DNA of 64,000 bases from Bdellovibrionota bacterium (GCA_044347345.1 JBIKUX010000005.1:32001-96000); one strand, 5' to 3'. Shown: positions 1-10,551, counted from the stretch's first letter. Notes: generated by a model not told the origin, from the sequence alone. Made by a program: numbers and translations.

Positions 1-705
1 TTAGCAAGTCGCCTAATAGATATAGGTAATGAACTCACTATCAATAAAAATAACTTTGACACACTTTTAAATGAACGCACAAACGAACCATTACCCCGAA
101 GGATTACACAGTGGTTAAATCCAGACTACGATAGACCAATTTTGTTTGAAACAAACCCGCAGACCGGTTTTATTATTCATGTTAATGGATCTAAAGATAA
201 TTTACCTGCAATTTTCAACCCTATATCCAAAAACGACACCGATACCAGAGCTAGTATATGCTACAATAACCTACCCAATCCTTATCCTACTCCTCAACAA
301 CAAGAACCCTCGGCCAATTTAAATAATGAAAATTTGTCATTAGATTATATCTTTTCGGTTTTGACCGGATATACAAATACTAATAGGTTGTACATTGATT
401 ATAACCTATATGATGATAACAACAGACCCGGACCCGATGAAATCTTAGTTCAGGTAAAAACACAAAATACTGGCTCCACATTTGACTACACTCCAGTTGC
501 CAGAATTTACCGAGATAACACTGGAAAAATACAGTTCGAAAGTTTGCTGTGTTTAAATGTTGATATTAATTACTGGGTAACTAAAATTGAAAACATATTA
601 TCGGTCTCAGGATTATACATAACCCGAAACGATGTTGGTAGTGGCTTCCGTTCGGGGCAAATCACTAACAAACCTTCGCCCCCGCCCTCTCCTTCTGCTC
701 CATAA
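1..705 (+). CDS. Hypothetical protein, 5'-truncated by the window edge; Asn/Pro-rich, ends KPSPPPSPSAP
   Basis: The frame of ORF 142..705 is open back to position 1 (LASRLIDIGNELTINKNN...); no family motif recognised. Confidence 0.7.
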   Translation, partial: LASRLIDIGNELTINKNNFDTLLNERTNEPLPRRITQWLNPDYDRPILFETNPQTGFIIHVNGSKDNLPAIFNPISKNDTDTRASICYNNLPNPYPTPQQQEPSANLNNENLSLDYIFSVLTGYTNTNRLYIDYNLYDDNNRPGPDEILVQVKTQNTGSTFDYTPVARIYRDNTGKIQFESLLCLNVDINYWVTKIENILSVSGLYITRNDVGSGFRSGQITNKPSPPPSPSAP

Positions 706-709
706 ATAC

Positions 710-1591
710 TTAAGAGCTTACCGGAAACCTTGTAGACTGACCAATAAAAAAATTTTTTATCCCTGTAAACAAGCCTGTAAACAAGCCTTGAATGTCACTT
801 TTTAGACGCTCTAAAAAACTGGGAGATGCACGATAATTCAATATCATTTTAGGCCGTTCACTATTTATATCAGGCTTCACAGGCCTTACCGAAGACCAAG
901 AATATGACCTATTCGTCGCCAAGCCTCCTCTAACACTCTCATTAGAGTTAGACTCAGCTAGTTGTAAACCTAACTTTGCTAGTTTTTGCTTTTCTTGTCT
1001 TAAACCTTGAATAAATTTGTGCCCTAGTAAAAACTGAAAGCCAAAATTTTCGCCACAAGCGCTATCGTTACTACCAGGAGATGGCATCGAATTAAAAGCC
1101 TCGATAAATTGCCTTGCTGCATGAAAAGCTAAGGTAAATTTAATGTAGGATTGGCTATTGTTATTATTATTACTATTATTGTTGTTATGGCCAGATAGAC
1201 TTGTCAGGGCACTATTTACAAAATTCTCGACATGTTGTTTTAAATTGTATCTTCCTGAACTATCTTTTTTTTCATTATAAAATGTTAACTGCTTAAATAG
1301 TGTGTTACTCTTTCGGAACAGGTTACCGAAAACAACCATTTGGTTCTTATTTAATTTCGGTAAGGAGGGATATTTTGAGATTGTGTCCCAATATTGGGGA
1401 TTAAACTCCAACCCACACAAAGTTAGTATCTTGCGGAAGACAAGCTCTTCTGGAGTTATCTCTTCTGGCCTGATTACAGGCAGGGCCGGCAGTTCGGGGA
1501 AGCTAAAATTGATAGACAAATCAGATTGTGGTTTATCTACAGCACTGTCAACCGAAGCGGTACCTGTAGATACTGGAGCACAAGCAACCAT
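710..1591 (-). CDS. Hypothetical protein with poly-Asn tract
   Basis: 293-aa ORF with NNNNSNNNNNS tract; no recognised motif. Confidence 0.65.
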   Translation of the reverse strand: MVACAPVSTGTASVDSAVDKPQSDLSINFSFPELPALPVIRPEEITPEELVFRKILTLCGLEFNPQYWDTISKYPSLPKLNKNQMVVFGNLFRKSNTLFKQLTFYNEKKDSSGRYNLKQHVENFVNSALTSLSGHNNNNSNNNNNSQSYIKFTLAFHAARQFIEAFNSMPSPGSNDSACGENFGFQFLLGHKFIQGLRQEKQKLAKLGLQLAESNSNESVRGGLATNRSYSWSSVRPVKPDINSERPKMILNYRASPSFLERLKSDIQGLFTGLFTGIKNFFIGQSTRFPVSS

Positions 1592-1713
1592 AAGAAGGAA
1601 TTAATCAAAGGATAGATTTTCTTTCTTTGATTTTAACTGTGAACTAAACGAAGAGAAAAAATTTGCTCCAATATGTGAATTTTACCCACTTGGGAAAATT
1701 ATGAATTCTCAAA

Positions 1714-4700
1714 TCATAAATCTTCCCCTTCATCATTTACAGTTAATTCACTTTCACCAAGCGATTTAGGGAACTTTTTAACAGACCGCCTAGGGATAAA
1801 GTCGAAAGGACTAGTTTTTAAATGAATATCTTGTTGAGGGAAAGATATTTCAATTCCCTCTGAGCGAAAGGCATGAAGGATTGCTACCCGTAAATCACGC
1901 TGAACAATTAGATTATCGCTTACATCCGCAACGAAAACGATTAACTCAAAGTCAAGAGAACTTGGTCCAAAATTGGTCAACAAAACCATCGGTGCTGGAT
2001 CAGCCGTTATACGTACCTCTCTAGAAGCCACACCCTCCAAAACAGCTATAACTTTTTCTGGATTACTCTCATAAGAAACACCAACAAGAATCCGCGCTCG
2101 CAAAATTCTATGCGATAAAGTCCAATTGACTATATTACCAGTCACCAAAGACTTATTTGGGATTATTAATTCCTTACGATCCCAATCTGTAATAGTGGTT
2201 GCTCTTATCCTGATCCTTGAAACGGTTCCAGAAACATTTCCAATTGTGACAATATCTCCCACCCTAACTGGTTGCTCAAACAGAACAATTATACCAGAAA
2301 TGAAATTAGCAAATACTTCTTGCAAACCAAATCCGAGCCCAAATGTAAGGGCTGCTACAAGCCAGTGTACGTTTGACCAAGAGATACCTAAGAGCCTAGA
2401 AGCCAACAGTATTCCGAAAATGATAACTATATACCGCATAAGCGTAGAAGCAGCGTAGTGAGCTCCAGAGCTAAGAGCAATACGACTTAAAATAGCGATA
2501 TCGAGAAGAGCAGGAAGTGTTCTTGTTGCTACAAGAACTACAAAGCATAGCACTCCACCTATCATAAAATCATATAGAGTAAAGGGATTAGAGTCTGGAA
2601 CAACTGATACATTTTCTGTCATCTTATTCGACAAAACCGAATCATTTACGAATGATTTTGCCGCGTCTGAATTTTTTGGAACACTCTTGGAAATATCTTG
2701 GGTAATAGATGCTGATGCTACATCACGGTCTCTTTGACCTATTTTACTGAGAAAAGGTTGGGTCTCTTCGGCTAAAGACGCCACCCTAAAATTCGGGTAA
2801 ATTTGTACTCGCTCCAAAGTAGGAAGAAGAGGAAGAACATTAGACCAAATAAACAGTAATCCAAGAATAAATATTACTGACAAATTACTCCTAAAAAGCG
2901 TAGTAGATTTTTCATCAAGCACATTTCGAGCTATCTCGGAGTCATTATCCTTTTCGAAATCCGGCTCTACTTGTACTTCATTATTTTTACCACTCGCCGA
3001 CATTACTTCGGTAAATGGTCGGTTCTTCGCAGTAAGTAGAGCTCTTACAAATAGCGCGTGTCCAATAGTCAACGCGACCAATAACAATTCAGTCCGCTTA
3101 TAGGCTCCAACAAACCCATGAGCTAAATTTTCATATCCGATTAGTGCTAAAATAGCACATACTACCGGTGATGCTATGAGAACAGTGCTCCAAAAGGAAT
3201 GTAAGCGAACTGCAAGCGGAGTTAAATCACCAGTATTCCGCTTCCAGAGATGAGCAAGCACTCCATTTTTACCAAGAAGACTTGCGACAAAAATTGAATA
3301 TAAACCCAAAAATATTGCAAATAGCAATCGAATAAAAAAATAGATTCCAGGTAGATCACTGTTATCAGCAAAAAAATCGAGTAAAAATCCAGAAACTGAT
3401 AACGGAATAATAAACTTTCTTATTAAACTTCTTACTCTGCGACAAATATCTTTATTCCAAAGAAAATAGATCTCTGCTACACCATTTTCTCTCAATAAAA
3501 GAAGGAACCACATCGGTAGATACAACATAGTAGCAAGTGCAGTAACTGAGCCCCCGATAGACTGCCCAAGATGAGTCTCAACAGAAAGAAGAAACCGCCC
3601 TAAAAACCAAATTCCAAGTGGAATTATCGCTGCCTCAACTGTTAAAATAAAAAGAGCCGCTAAAATCAGTAAGAGTGAGCTTCGACCATAATTTTGAGCC
3701 AATTCTTTTATTCGGTCATAAACCAAAGCTATTTTGCCTCGCATGAAAATAACCACAGCAAAAGCTAACGCCGATGCCACAACACCTACCCACTCCACTG
3801 CAGGTAAACTACTCAAACCCAAAAACAGAGCTCGCCATCTTTTAATCGCAAAAACCTCTGTAATACCAGCTTTAATATCTCTAAGTGGTGGGAAGACTTC
3901 CCGATGAAGAGACCGTAACCACATCACTCTAGGTGCTAAAAAGCTTCTAGCATCCTCGGTCAGATTATTAATTTTAGTTAGACTCTCTACACTTTCACTG
4001 AGAACCGATATTAGAGAACGGTACTCTCCCAATACCTCGGTAATTAATGTTTCACGCTGTGCAACAAGATCGGTAATTGCATGTCGTTGGCGCCAACTAT
4101 TACCATTTTTAATTCCGATAGCCCCCTCTAATAATCGCTTTGTCTCATCAACAGGAGGTAATATTCTATTCCTGCGTTCCTCGATACTAAAAAGGGTAAG
4201 TTGAGCATCCTGAAGCTCGCGCTCTACGGAAAGAATACGCGCGCGCAATTCCGCACTACTAGATAGCTTCCCCTCAAATGATATAAGCAATGGACCAATG
4301 CCGCTACTTCCACCAACAATTCGATATCTCTCCCATAAAGCCGAGAGACCACTTGAAAGCTCCATTTTTTCTTTTCGCGCCAAATCACGTTGAGTAGTAG
4401 CATACGCTAATTGTGCTCTGAGCCCCGTATGACCAGCTCCTTGAATTCGGCGCAAAACAGAGATATCTTCAACAACTTCATAGGCGACTGGACCTGCAAC
4501 CTCTTGCAGTTCTCTTACCTGCGCCAACTCTTTGGTAAATTGCTCCTCCTGCAAGATTGTTAAACTCTTTCTGGCCGATTCGAGCTGGTCATCTAATGTA
4601 AACAAAGCTCTTCTCAGAATAGCGACCTTATTGGGTCTAAGAGCTTGACGTGCAATAATAAGCTCTCGTTCAGCTGTTAGCGCCCGAAGTTTTGTCTCAT

Positions 4701-5388
4701 CACGCTTTCTAACTTGGCTTATGTTATCATCAAAACTTTCCTGACGACTGATAGACGAAGCTGAAGGTGTTACTTGAATTGCTAAGCTTTGCTCCAGCTT
4801 GGATGAAACTTCATTTATCTCCTTCAGTAAAACCGTGCTACGAGTCGAATCTTCCTCACCCCCTGAAATAGCGGCCTGATACTCCTCTTCAGCTTTGCTT
4901 CGTTTCTGCTCTAATTGCTCAATAATAATTTGAAGCCTATCGACAGTTTTAACAGACTCAAACGAAGTCTGAGTTGTTGGATACGGCTCAGATAATTCCT
5001 TAATTAGTTGACTCTCTTCTTCGCGAAGAGCCAACATGGCTTTTTCAAATGCTCTTATGCTTACCTCAAACCCTTGAGTTTCAGCATTTAAGGAATCTTC
5101 GGGCGCTAACTGCTGTCTGACCTCGCTCCTATTGTCACTGTCATTTTTGCTTAACTCTGATGCTATGCGCCGCCTTTCCTCTTGACCCTGAGCAATTTTT
5201 TCTTCTTTGGGAACTAGCTGAGTTTTAGACGATGACGATGACGATGATGTAGCTTGAATAGGCTGTGGCACTTGACTATATGCAGAGTAGCTACCTAAGC
5301 TATAGGCTAAAATTATAAGAAAAACCGAAAGTCTTGTGAAACGATACCAAAAAACCTCAAACTCTAAAAAACGCATTTTTACTTCCAA
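1714..5388 (-). CDS. Large MscS-family mechanosensitive channel (MscK-like architecture)
   Basis: Signal/TM, long coiled-coil region, multiple TMs, C-terminal MscS core GLGFGLQEVFANFISGIIVLFEQPVRVGD. Confidence 0.92.
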   Translation of the reverse strand: MEVKMRFLEFEVFWYRFTRLSVFLIILAYSLGSYSAYSQVPQPIQATSSSSSSSKTQLVPKEEKIAQGQEERRRIASELSKNDSDNRSEVRQQLAPEDSLNAETQGFEVSIRAFEKAMLALREEESQLIKELSEPYPTTQTSFESVKTVDRLQIIIEQLEQKRSKAEEEYQAAISGGEEDSTRSTVLLKEINEVSSKLEQSLAIQVTPSASSISRQESFDDNISQVRKRDETKLRALTAERELIIARQALRPNKVAILRRALFTLDDQLESARKSLTILQEEQFTKELAQVRELQEVAGPVAYEVVEDISVLRRIQGAGHTGLRAQLAYATTQRDLARKEKMELSSGLSALWERYRIVGGSSGIGPLLISFEGKLSSSAELRARILSVERELQDAQLTLFSIEERRNRILPPVDETKRLLEGAIGIKNGNSWRQRHAITDLVAQRETLITEVLGEYRSLISVLSESVESLTKINNLTEDARSFLAPRVMWLRSLHREVFPPLRDIKAGITEVFAIKRWRALFLGLSSLPAVEWVGVVASALAFAVVIFMRGKIALVYDRIKELAQNYGRSSLLLILAALFILTVEAAIIPLGIWFLGRFLLSVETHLGQSIGGSVTALATMLYLPMWFLLLLRENGVAEIYFLWNKDICRRVRSLIRKFIIPLSVSGFLLDFFADNSDLPGIYFFIRLLFAIFLGLYSIFVASLLGKNGVLAHLWKRNTGDLTPLAVRLHSFWSTVLIASPVVCAILALIGYENLAHGFVGAYKRTELLLVALTIGHALFVRALLTAKNRPFTEVMSASGKNNEVQVEPDFEKDNDSEIARNVLDEKSTTLFRSNLSVIFILGLLFIWSNVLPLLPTLERVQIYPNFRVASLAEETQPFLSKIGQRDRDVASASITQDISKSVPKNSDAAKSFVNDSVLSNKMTENVSVVPDSNPFTLYDFMIGGVLCFVVLVATRTLPALLDIAILSRIALSSGAHYAASTLMRYIVIIFGILLASRLLGISWSNVHWLVAALTFGLGFGLQEVFANFISGIIVLFEQPVRVGDIVTIGNVSGTVSRIRIRATTITDWDRKELIIPNKSLVTGNIVNWTLSHRILRARILVGVSYESNPEKVIAVLEGVASREVRITADPAPMVLLTNFGPSSLDFELIVFVADVSDNLIVQRDLRVAILHAFRSEGIEISFPQQDIHLKTSPFDFIPRRSVKKFPKSLGESELTVNDEGEDL

Positions 5389-5755
5389 AAAATAAAATCC
5401 TCTGTCTTTATTATATTTGACAGCCTAACTCAGACGATCACCATGCGCCACACGGTGACTTATTCTTCAGATTAATTGATTGCTTAAATATTTTGGTTTT
5501 ATTTAGTGAGGCTATATCGGCAGTAAATTTCAATAATTTCCTCAGCTCGGTATATTTTCTGTTATATCTTCTACTAAAATTTTCTCCGCCTAATTAAATT
5601 TAAAACCATGCGTGATTTGATGGGCGTACGGCTTAAACAAAATCGCATCCGCATATTTTAGGAAGTGATACAGTAACAATATTTTTTCGATACTTATTTA
5701 TATACCAAGCACCTTAGGGACTTTAAAAGCAATAGAAATTAATAAATCAGCTCTT

Positions 5756-6289
5756 ATGTACAAGCGAATCATAATTACCGGCGCTCCTGGTGTAGGCAAA
5801 TCAACCTTAATAAATGCTCTAGCTACTCAAGGATTTCAAACCGTTAAGGAACCAGCAAGAGATATTATTGCTGAGCAACGCTTAATAGGGGGAGATTGTT
5901 TATGGGGGAAAAATACCAAAAATTTTCTTTCCTTACTTCTATCTCGCTCCATTGAACGCTATCAAACCGTAAGGAGCAACCTGACTATCTTTGACAGAGG
6001 AATTCCAGATTGTATCGCCTATTCAGAGGTTGCAGGTTTCATCATGCCAACCGCACACCAAGCAACGGCCATCTACCGTTATCACCCTCAAGTATTTGTG
6101 GCTCCACCTTGGGCTGAGATATACACCACTGATAACGAACGAACCATGACTTTTGCTGCTACCCTCGACTTTCACCACAAACTTATCTCAGCATACTCCA
6201 AACATGGCTATGAATTGGTGGAACTACCGTTTACTTCAGTAGCCGAGAGGGTAAATTTTTTATTTAAGAAGCTCAAAGAGTCAGAATGA
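5756..6289 (+). CDS. Small P-loop ATPase (AAA_28/NadR-like family)
   Basis: ITGAPGVGKST Walker A, FDRGIPD, PPWAEIYTTDNER. Confidence 0.85.
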   Translation: MYKRIIITGAPGVGKSTLINALATQGFQTVKEPARDIIAEQRLIGGDCLWGKNTKNFLSLLLSRSIERYQTVRSNLTIFDRGIPDCIAYSEVAGFIMPTAHQATAIYRYHPQVFVAPPWAEIYTTDNERTMTFAATLDFHHKLISAYSKHGYELVELPFTSVAERVNFLFKKLKESE

Positions 6290-6513
6290 CATAAAGTTTT
6301 ATAGAAAGAATACCTTATGAATGACAGTGGCTGACTTTAGTACAGAGCTATCTACATTTTTATAAAATAAAATATCTTGGTAAAAAGCAGCTCACAGTGT
6401 AATCAGTGAAAAAGAGACTTTATAAAATAAATCAAAGCTAATTTAAAACATAGAAAAGTTTTAAACTTTTAAAAAGTATGCCTAATTAGGTCTTTTTTAA
6501 GTAAAAAAGGCGT

Positions 6514-7764
6514 ATGAAAAAAATTTTACATTACTTCCATAATCCTCAAGTTATAGCGGTAATTGTGGCTGCCTTAGGATATTTTGTTGATGTTTACGAT
6601 CTCGTTCTTTTTAGTGTTGTTCGAATAAGCAGTCTTAGCGACCTAGGATTATCTTCGGAAGAACAATTTTCTGTTGGGATTCAACTTCTAAATATTCAAA
6701 TGATAGGTATGCTTAGTGGAGGGATCTTATTTGGTGTGCTCGGGGATAAATACGGTCGTCTTCAAGTGCTTCTAGCGTCGATATTACTCTACTCTCTCGC
6801 TAATATCGGTAATGCCTTTATTTCTTCCGTACCACAATACTTCATTTTAAGATTTCTAGCCGGAGTTGGATTAGCTGGCGAGCTTGGAATAGGAATTACC
6901 TTAGTGGCTGAGCTATTACCCACTGAAAAACGGGGCATAGGCACTACGATTGTTGCTACAGTAGGAGTATGCGGTGCAGTAGTAGCCGCTACTTTAGGAC
7001 AGTTCTATTCTTGGCGACTCACTTACCTAATAGGTGGCTTGATGGGTCTTAGTCTTCTTTTTTTGAGAGTTCGTATTCAAGAATCCATTCTTTTTAGCGA
7101 AGTTATAAAGTCAAACCACCCAAGAGGTGATCTATGGTTACTGTTTTCTTCTCCAAAAAGATGCTTTAAATACATGCTATGCGTCCTAGCGGGAGTGCCT
7201 ATTTGGTTTAGTATTGGAGTGTTAGTCACCTTTTGTCCCGAAATAGCCAAAGCCGCGGGTTATACAGTATTACCAAGTGCCGCAGAAGCCATTAAGTTTA
7301 CTTATATTGGTCTAGTAGTAGGAGATCTAAGTAGTGGACTAATTAGCCAAAAGCTCCGTAGTCGCAAAAAATCAATGATTGCTTTCATCCTATTTAACGG
7401 CCTAGCTATAGCTGTATTTATGTCGCCTCTCATTACCACTGCTACCTTTCTTGTTTGGTGGTGTATCCCGCTAGGCTTTTCTGTAGGATACTGGGCGGTA
7501 CTTGTTACTACTTCTGCTGAACAATTTGGCACTAATCTACGAGCTACAGTGGCTACATCGGTGCCAAATTTTGTTCGAGGTTCAGTTCCCATATTATCTT
7601 TTCTTATTGAATACCTTAGAGGCTTTATGAGTACTACTAAATCTATTTCTATAGTTGGCAGTGGTATAATAGGAATAGCGTTAGTTGCTACTCTACTGCT
7701 GAAAGAATCGTTCAATAACGATTTAGATTGGATAGAAGAATCACCAGATCGATACAAGAAATAG
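6514..7764 (+). CDS. MFS transporter
   Basis: About 12 hydrophobic segments, motif A-like GDKYGR. Confidence 0.92.
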   Translation: MKKILHYFHNPQVIAVIVAALGYFVDVYDLVLFSVVRISSLSDLGLSSEEQFSVGIQLLNIQMIGMLSGGILFGVLGDKYGRLQVLLASILLYSLANIGNAFISSVPQYFILRFLAGVGLAGELGIGITLVAELLPTEKRGIGTTIVATVGVCGAVVAATLGQFYSWRLTYLIGGLMGLSLLFLRVRIQESILFSEVIKSNHPRGDLWLLFSSPKRCFKYMLCVLAGVPIWFSIGVLVTFCPEIAKAAGYTVLPSAAEAIKFTYIGLVVGDLSSGLISQKLRSRKKSMIAFILFNGLAIAVFMSPLITTATFLVWWCIPLGFSVGYWAVLVTTSAEQFGTNLRATVATSVPNFVRGSVPILSFLIEYLRGFMSTTKSISIVGSGIIGIALVATLLLKESFNNDLDWIEESPDRYKK

Positions 7765-7841
7765 AGAAATGTCTACGATAGTCATCATAGAGAGATAGCA
7801 CAGCTCTCTTTGCTGGTAATTTTTTGAGATAAACAATCTAC

Positions 7842-8996
7842 TTAAATGGACAACTTAATCAGACCTTTTTTAAGTTTTAGCCATCGAATCATAACTACTA
7901 CTCGCCATAAAATTTCTCCGTAATCTGCTCCATTTCCACTTAAATGCCTTCGCCATAAAGACATAAGCTCTCGACGACAGAAAAATTCTTCACTTTGAAC
8001 GAGAGTAGAATGAACATAATCACGAAGAACAGTACTCATAAGTTGCCCGAGTGATACTACCGGATATTTAAATAAAAATTCGCTGATATTTGAGCGACTA
8101 GAGCTTCGTATACCAAGACGCTTAATTAGATTAAGCTTACCGCCATGATAAATAACTCCGTCTTCAATTATATCCAACACCTCTTTAGCTAAGAAAGGAG
8201 TTATTACCTTAATCGGAATGCCAGCCTCTTGCACTACTAAACGAATTTCCTCTGCCCTACCATTAAGAAGCATATCCCGAGTAGCTCGCCATGCGGCAAG
8301 CGGAGAGAAATTTCTACAATGCAGATTAGTGATATCGGCTAACCTTTGATAGGATGAGAATATAGCCCCAGTGCCAAGCAGATTTGGATTTAATAACTTC
8401 ATTTTTTGCGTGCCAGATACAAACGGTCCCCGAACAAACTGAAGCGCTCCTGAGGTTACATCTCCCCTCCATATATCATTAAAATTAAGATTACTTGCAG
8501 AATTTCGTAGACAAGACCGCAGCCATTTACAACTTAAAATCCAGCGCCACCCATTAATAACAACTGGACTCTCAACGATATCTCTGCCTGTATGAATAAA
8601 TAATATCCCACTATTTTCATTCTTTAAGTGATAATCATATAAACTAACCACCAAGCTAGGGTCAGCAAGTGGCATAGTCATAGAATGTATTAATCGATCA
8701 ATTAAATGTACAAACGGGGTGTTTTGAATATGTATACTTTGCTGCGACCAATCATAATTAAGATACTTTTCAAAAATATCCTCAAGTCGGTCAAGAAGAG
8801 CCCCAACAGAATAATCTGACTTAATAAAACTATCTGATTTGAGAGTTTCGTTGGTATCTTCTTTAGTGGTAATTACTTTAGTAATCGGGGTAGAGACTGA
8901 TACGGTATCTAATTTACAATCTACTTTATACAGACACTTACCAAGAGATAAATAATCAGACATTTCCTGAAAAAATGCTTTATCGATTACTAACAT
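7842..8996 (-). CDS. Degenerate asparagine synthase (AsnB) C-terminal-like protein
   Basis: MPLADPS, ITPFLAKEV and HLSG..DYGEILWRVVVMIRW resemble AsnB synthetase-domain motifs; no Ntn glutaminase domain or SGGLDS loop. Confidence 0.6.
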   Translation of the reverse strand: MLVIDKAFFQEMSDYLSLGKCLYKVDCKLDTVSVSTPITKVITTKEDTNETLKSDSFIKSDYSVGALLDRLEDIFEKYLNYDWSQQSIHIQNTPFVHLIDRLIHSMTMPLADPSLVVSLYDYHLKNENSGILFIHTGRDIVESPVVINGWRWILSCKWLRSCLRNSASNLNFNDIWRGDVTSGALQFVRGPFVSGTQKMKLLNPNLLGTGAIFSSYQRLADITNLHCRNFSPLAAWRATRDMLLNGRAEEIRLVVQEAGIPIKVITPFLAKEVLDIIEDGVIYHGGKLNLIKRLGIRSSSRSNISEFLFKYPVVSLGQLMSTVLRDYVHSTLVQSEEFFCRRELMSLWRRHLSGNGADYGEILWRVVVMIRWLKLKKGLIKLSI

Positions 8997-9041
8997 AACA
9001 TTTAATACTACAACTAAAAATTTTAATTAAAGGAGTATATC

Positions 9042-9158
9042 ATGAATCGACACTTACTGCGTTTATTCACTAATTTTGGCTTCGTTTATACGACAGCAAT
9101 AATCGCCATAATCGCTTTTTGCGTCCTTGTGGCTCTATTATTATCATTACTGATATAA
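9042..9158 (+). CDS. Small single-TM membrane peptide, 38 aa (not in the ORF track)
   Basis: AAGGAG at 9030-9035, ATG at 9042; MNRHLLRLFTNFGFVYTTAIIAIIAFCVLVALLLSLLI; stop ends 1 nt before the stop of the convergent gene. Confidence 0.55.
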   Translation: MNRHLLRLFTNFGFVYTTAIIAIIAFCVLVALLLSLLI

Positions 9159-9159
9159 C

Positions 9160-10551
9160 CTAATCACCTTTCTGGGATATAACTTCAACAAAAAGCCTTG
9201 GAGCCCACAAAGTAGAGCCCCAATGAAAAAATCCAAACGTAGATAGATGGCGCCCGTTCACCGCATAACCTTCATAAAAACTTGGACTGCCATTTTTCAT
9301 TTTACATTCTAACATTACCGCACAGGCTGGGTCGACCTTATAGTGCCATTCTTTGCTGTGAATCCCTAACAGTTCACAACCAACATCTCCAAGTAAGTGG
9401 GGATATATAGCAGATGCTACACAAACACTAGGCTCAACTTGTGCCGAATCAAGAACCGCATCACCGTCAAGAATACCCACACCTTCATATGTTATTCCAT
9501 CTACGGTAAAAGTTTTCGACAGATAAGCTGTACCAGCGCCTTCTGAATATAAGATACCACCTTCATCTATAAAGGACTTAATACTAGATTTACCCAACAC
9601 ATTATTTGCAAGGTTAGATCCATAATCTTTCATCCGCCCTCCACATATATACACACCCTTTGTACGGGACGGCAATGAACGGTCAGCTAATGGTGAAAAT
9701 GGTACTATTTCTGCACCAAAATACCGTAATAAATCCAAATTATCGTGATACTGCATAAAAAAACATGAGTCAGCACTAACAGCAATACGGTATCGACGAC
9801 TCTTAGGGACAAAGGATGGCATAGATACAGCTACATTGGGTGCACCTTTTGCGTAGGTAATTAATTGATCAAGATCAACAGCCGATCTAAAAATAGAGGC
9901 AAGATTAGCTAAACTTTGTCGAGCAAGATGAGAACGACTACCAACTTCTGATACCACACTACTTGGAAAAGCTGCGTAGTCTTCAATATTAGGAACAGCT
10001 CCTAATGGTGCCACCAAGCCAAACCTCTCTGCAGCAGCGGCATAAAATAAATAATCACGCTTTGCCGTAGTTCTATTCATTATTGCACTAACAGGAATGT
10101 CTTTCATACCTATAGTAAATCCACCAATGAGAGCAGCGGCGCTTGTACCAAATTTAGTAGCATCAACTACTATAATTATTGGAGTAAGTGTGTTTTTGGC
10201 TATCTCACAATCAGATCCTTTTACAGAGCCAGCTAGTTCTGCATCGAATAAGCCTCCATGTCCGTCAATCAAAACAATATCTGCTCCAATAGAAGCACGG
10301 TAAAGAGTTGTTAAAATTGCTTCTTTGGATAACATAGAAGTATCAAGGGTATGGCACGCTCTATTCGTTAAATTTGTTAATAGCGCTGCTACTCCAAACG
10401 ATGTAGACGTAGTACAACAAGAAACGCTTACACCTTGAGTTCTTAAGGCTGCAGTTAGGCCAGCTACGACGAGACTTTTACCAACTCCATCACTTGTACC
10501 AGATATAAGTATACGGGGAACGGATATATTAAAATTTTGAGTCACGCTCAT
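9160..10551 (-). CDS. Cobyrinate a,c-diamide synthase (CobB/CbiA)-like protein, divergent
   Basis: SGTSDGVGKS P-loop, DGHGGLFD, FFMQYHDNLDLL..FGAEIVPFSPLAD GATase-3 domain; catalytic Cys absent (SEGAG). Confidence 0.8.
   Translation of the reverse strand: MSVTQNFNISVPRILISGTSDGVGKSLVVAGLTAALRTQGVSVSCCTTSTSFGVAALLTNLTNRACHTLDTSMLSKEAILTTLYRASIGADIVLIDGHGGLFDAELAGSVKGSDCEIAKNTLTPIIIVVDATKFGTSAAALIGGFTIGMKDIPVSAIMNRTTAKRDYLFYAAAAERFGLVAPLGAVPNIEDYAAFPSSVVSEVGSRSHLARQSLANLASIFRSAVDLDQLITYAKGAPNVAVSMPSFVPKSRRYRIAVSADSCFFMQYHDNLDLLRYFGAEIVPFSPLADRSLPSRTKGVYICGGRMKDYGSNLANNVLGKSSIKSFIDEGGILYSEGAGTAYLSKTFTVDGITYEGVGILDGDAVLDSAQVEPSVCVASAIYPHLLGDVGCELLGIHSKEWHYKVDPACAVMLECKMKNGSPSFYEGYAVNGRHLSTFGFFHWGSTLWAPRLFVEVISQKGD

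Noticed and set aside
5389-5755. Intergenic stretch with protein-like minus-strand translation
   Set aside because: Several stops and no recognisable family; cannot support a pseudogene call
6454-6470. AAAAGTTTTAAACTTTT palindrome upstream of the MFS gene
   Set aside because: Short, low-complexity and expected by chance in very AT-rich DNA
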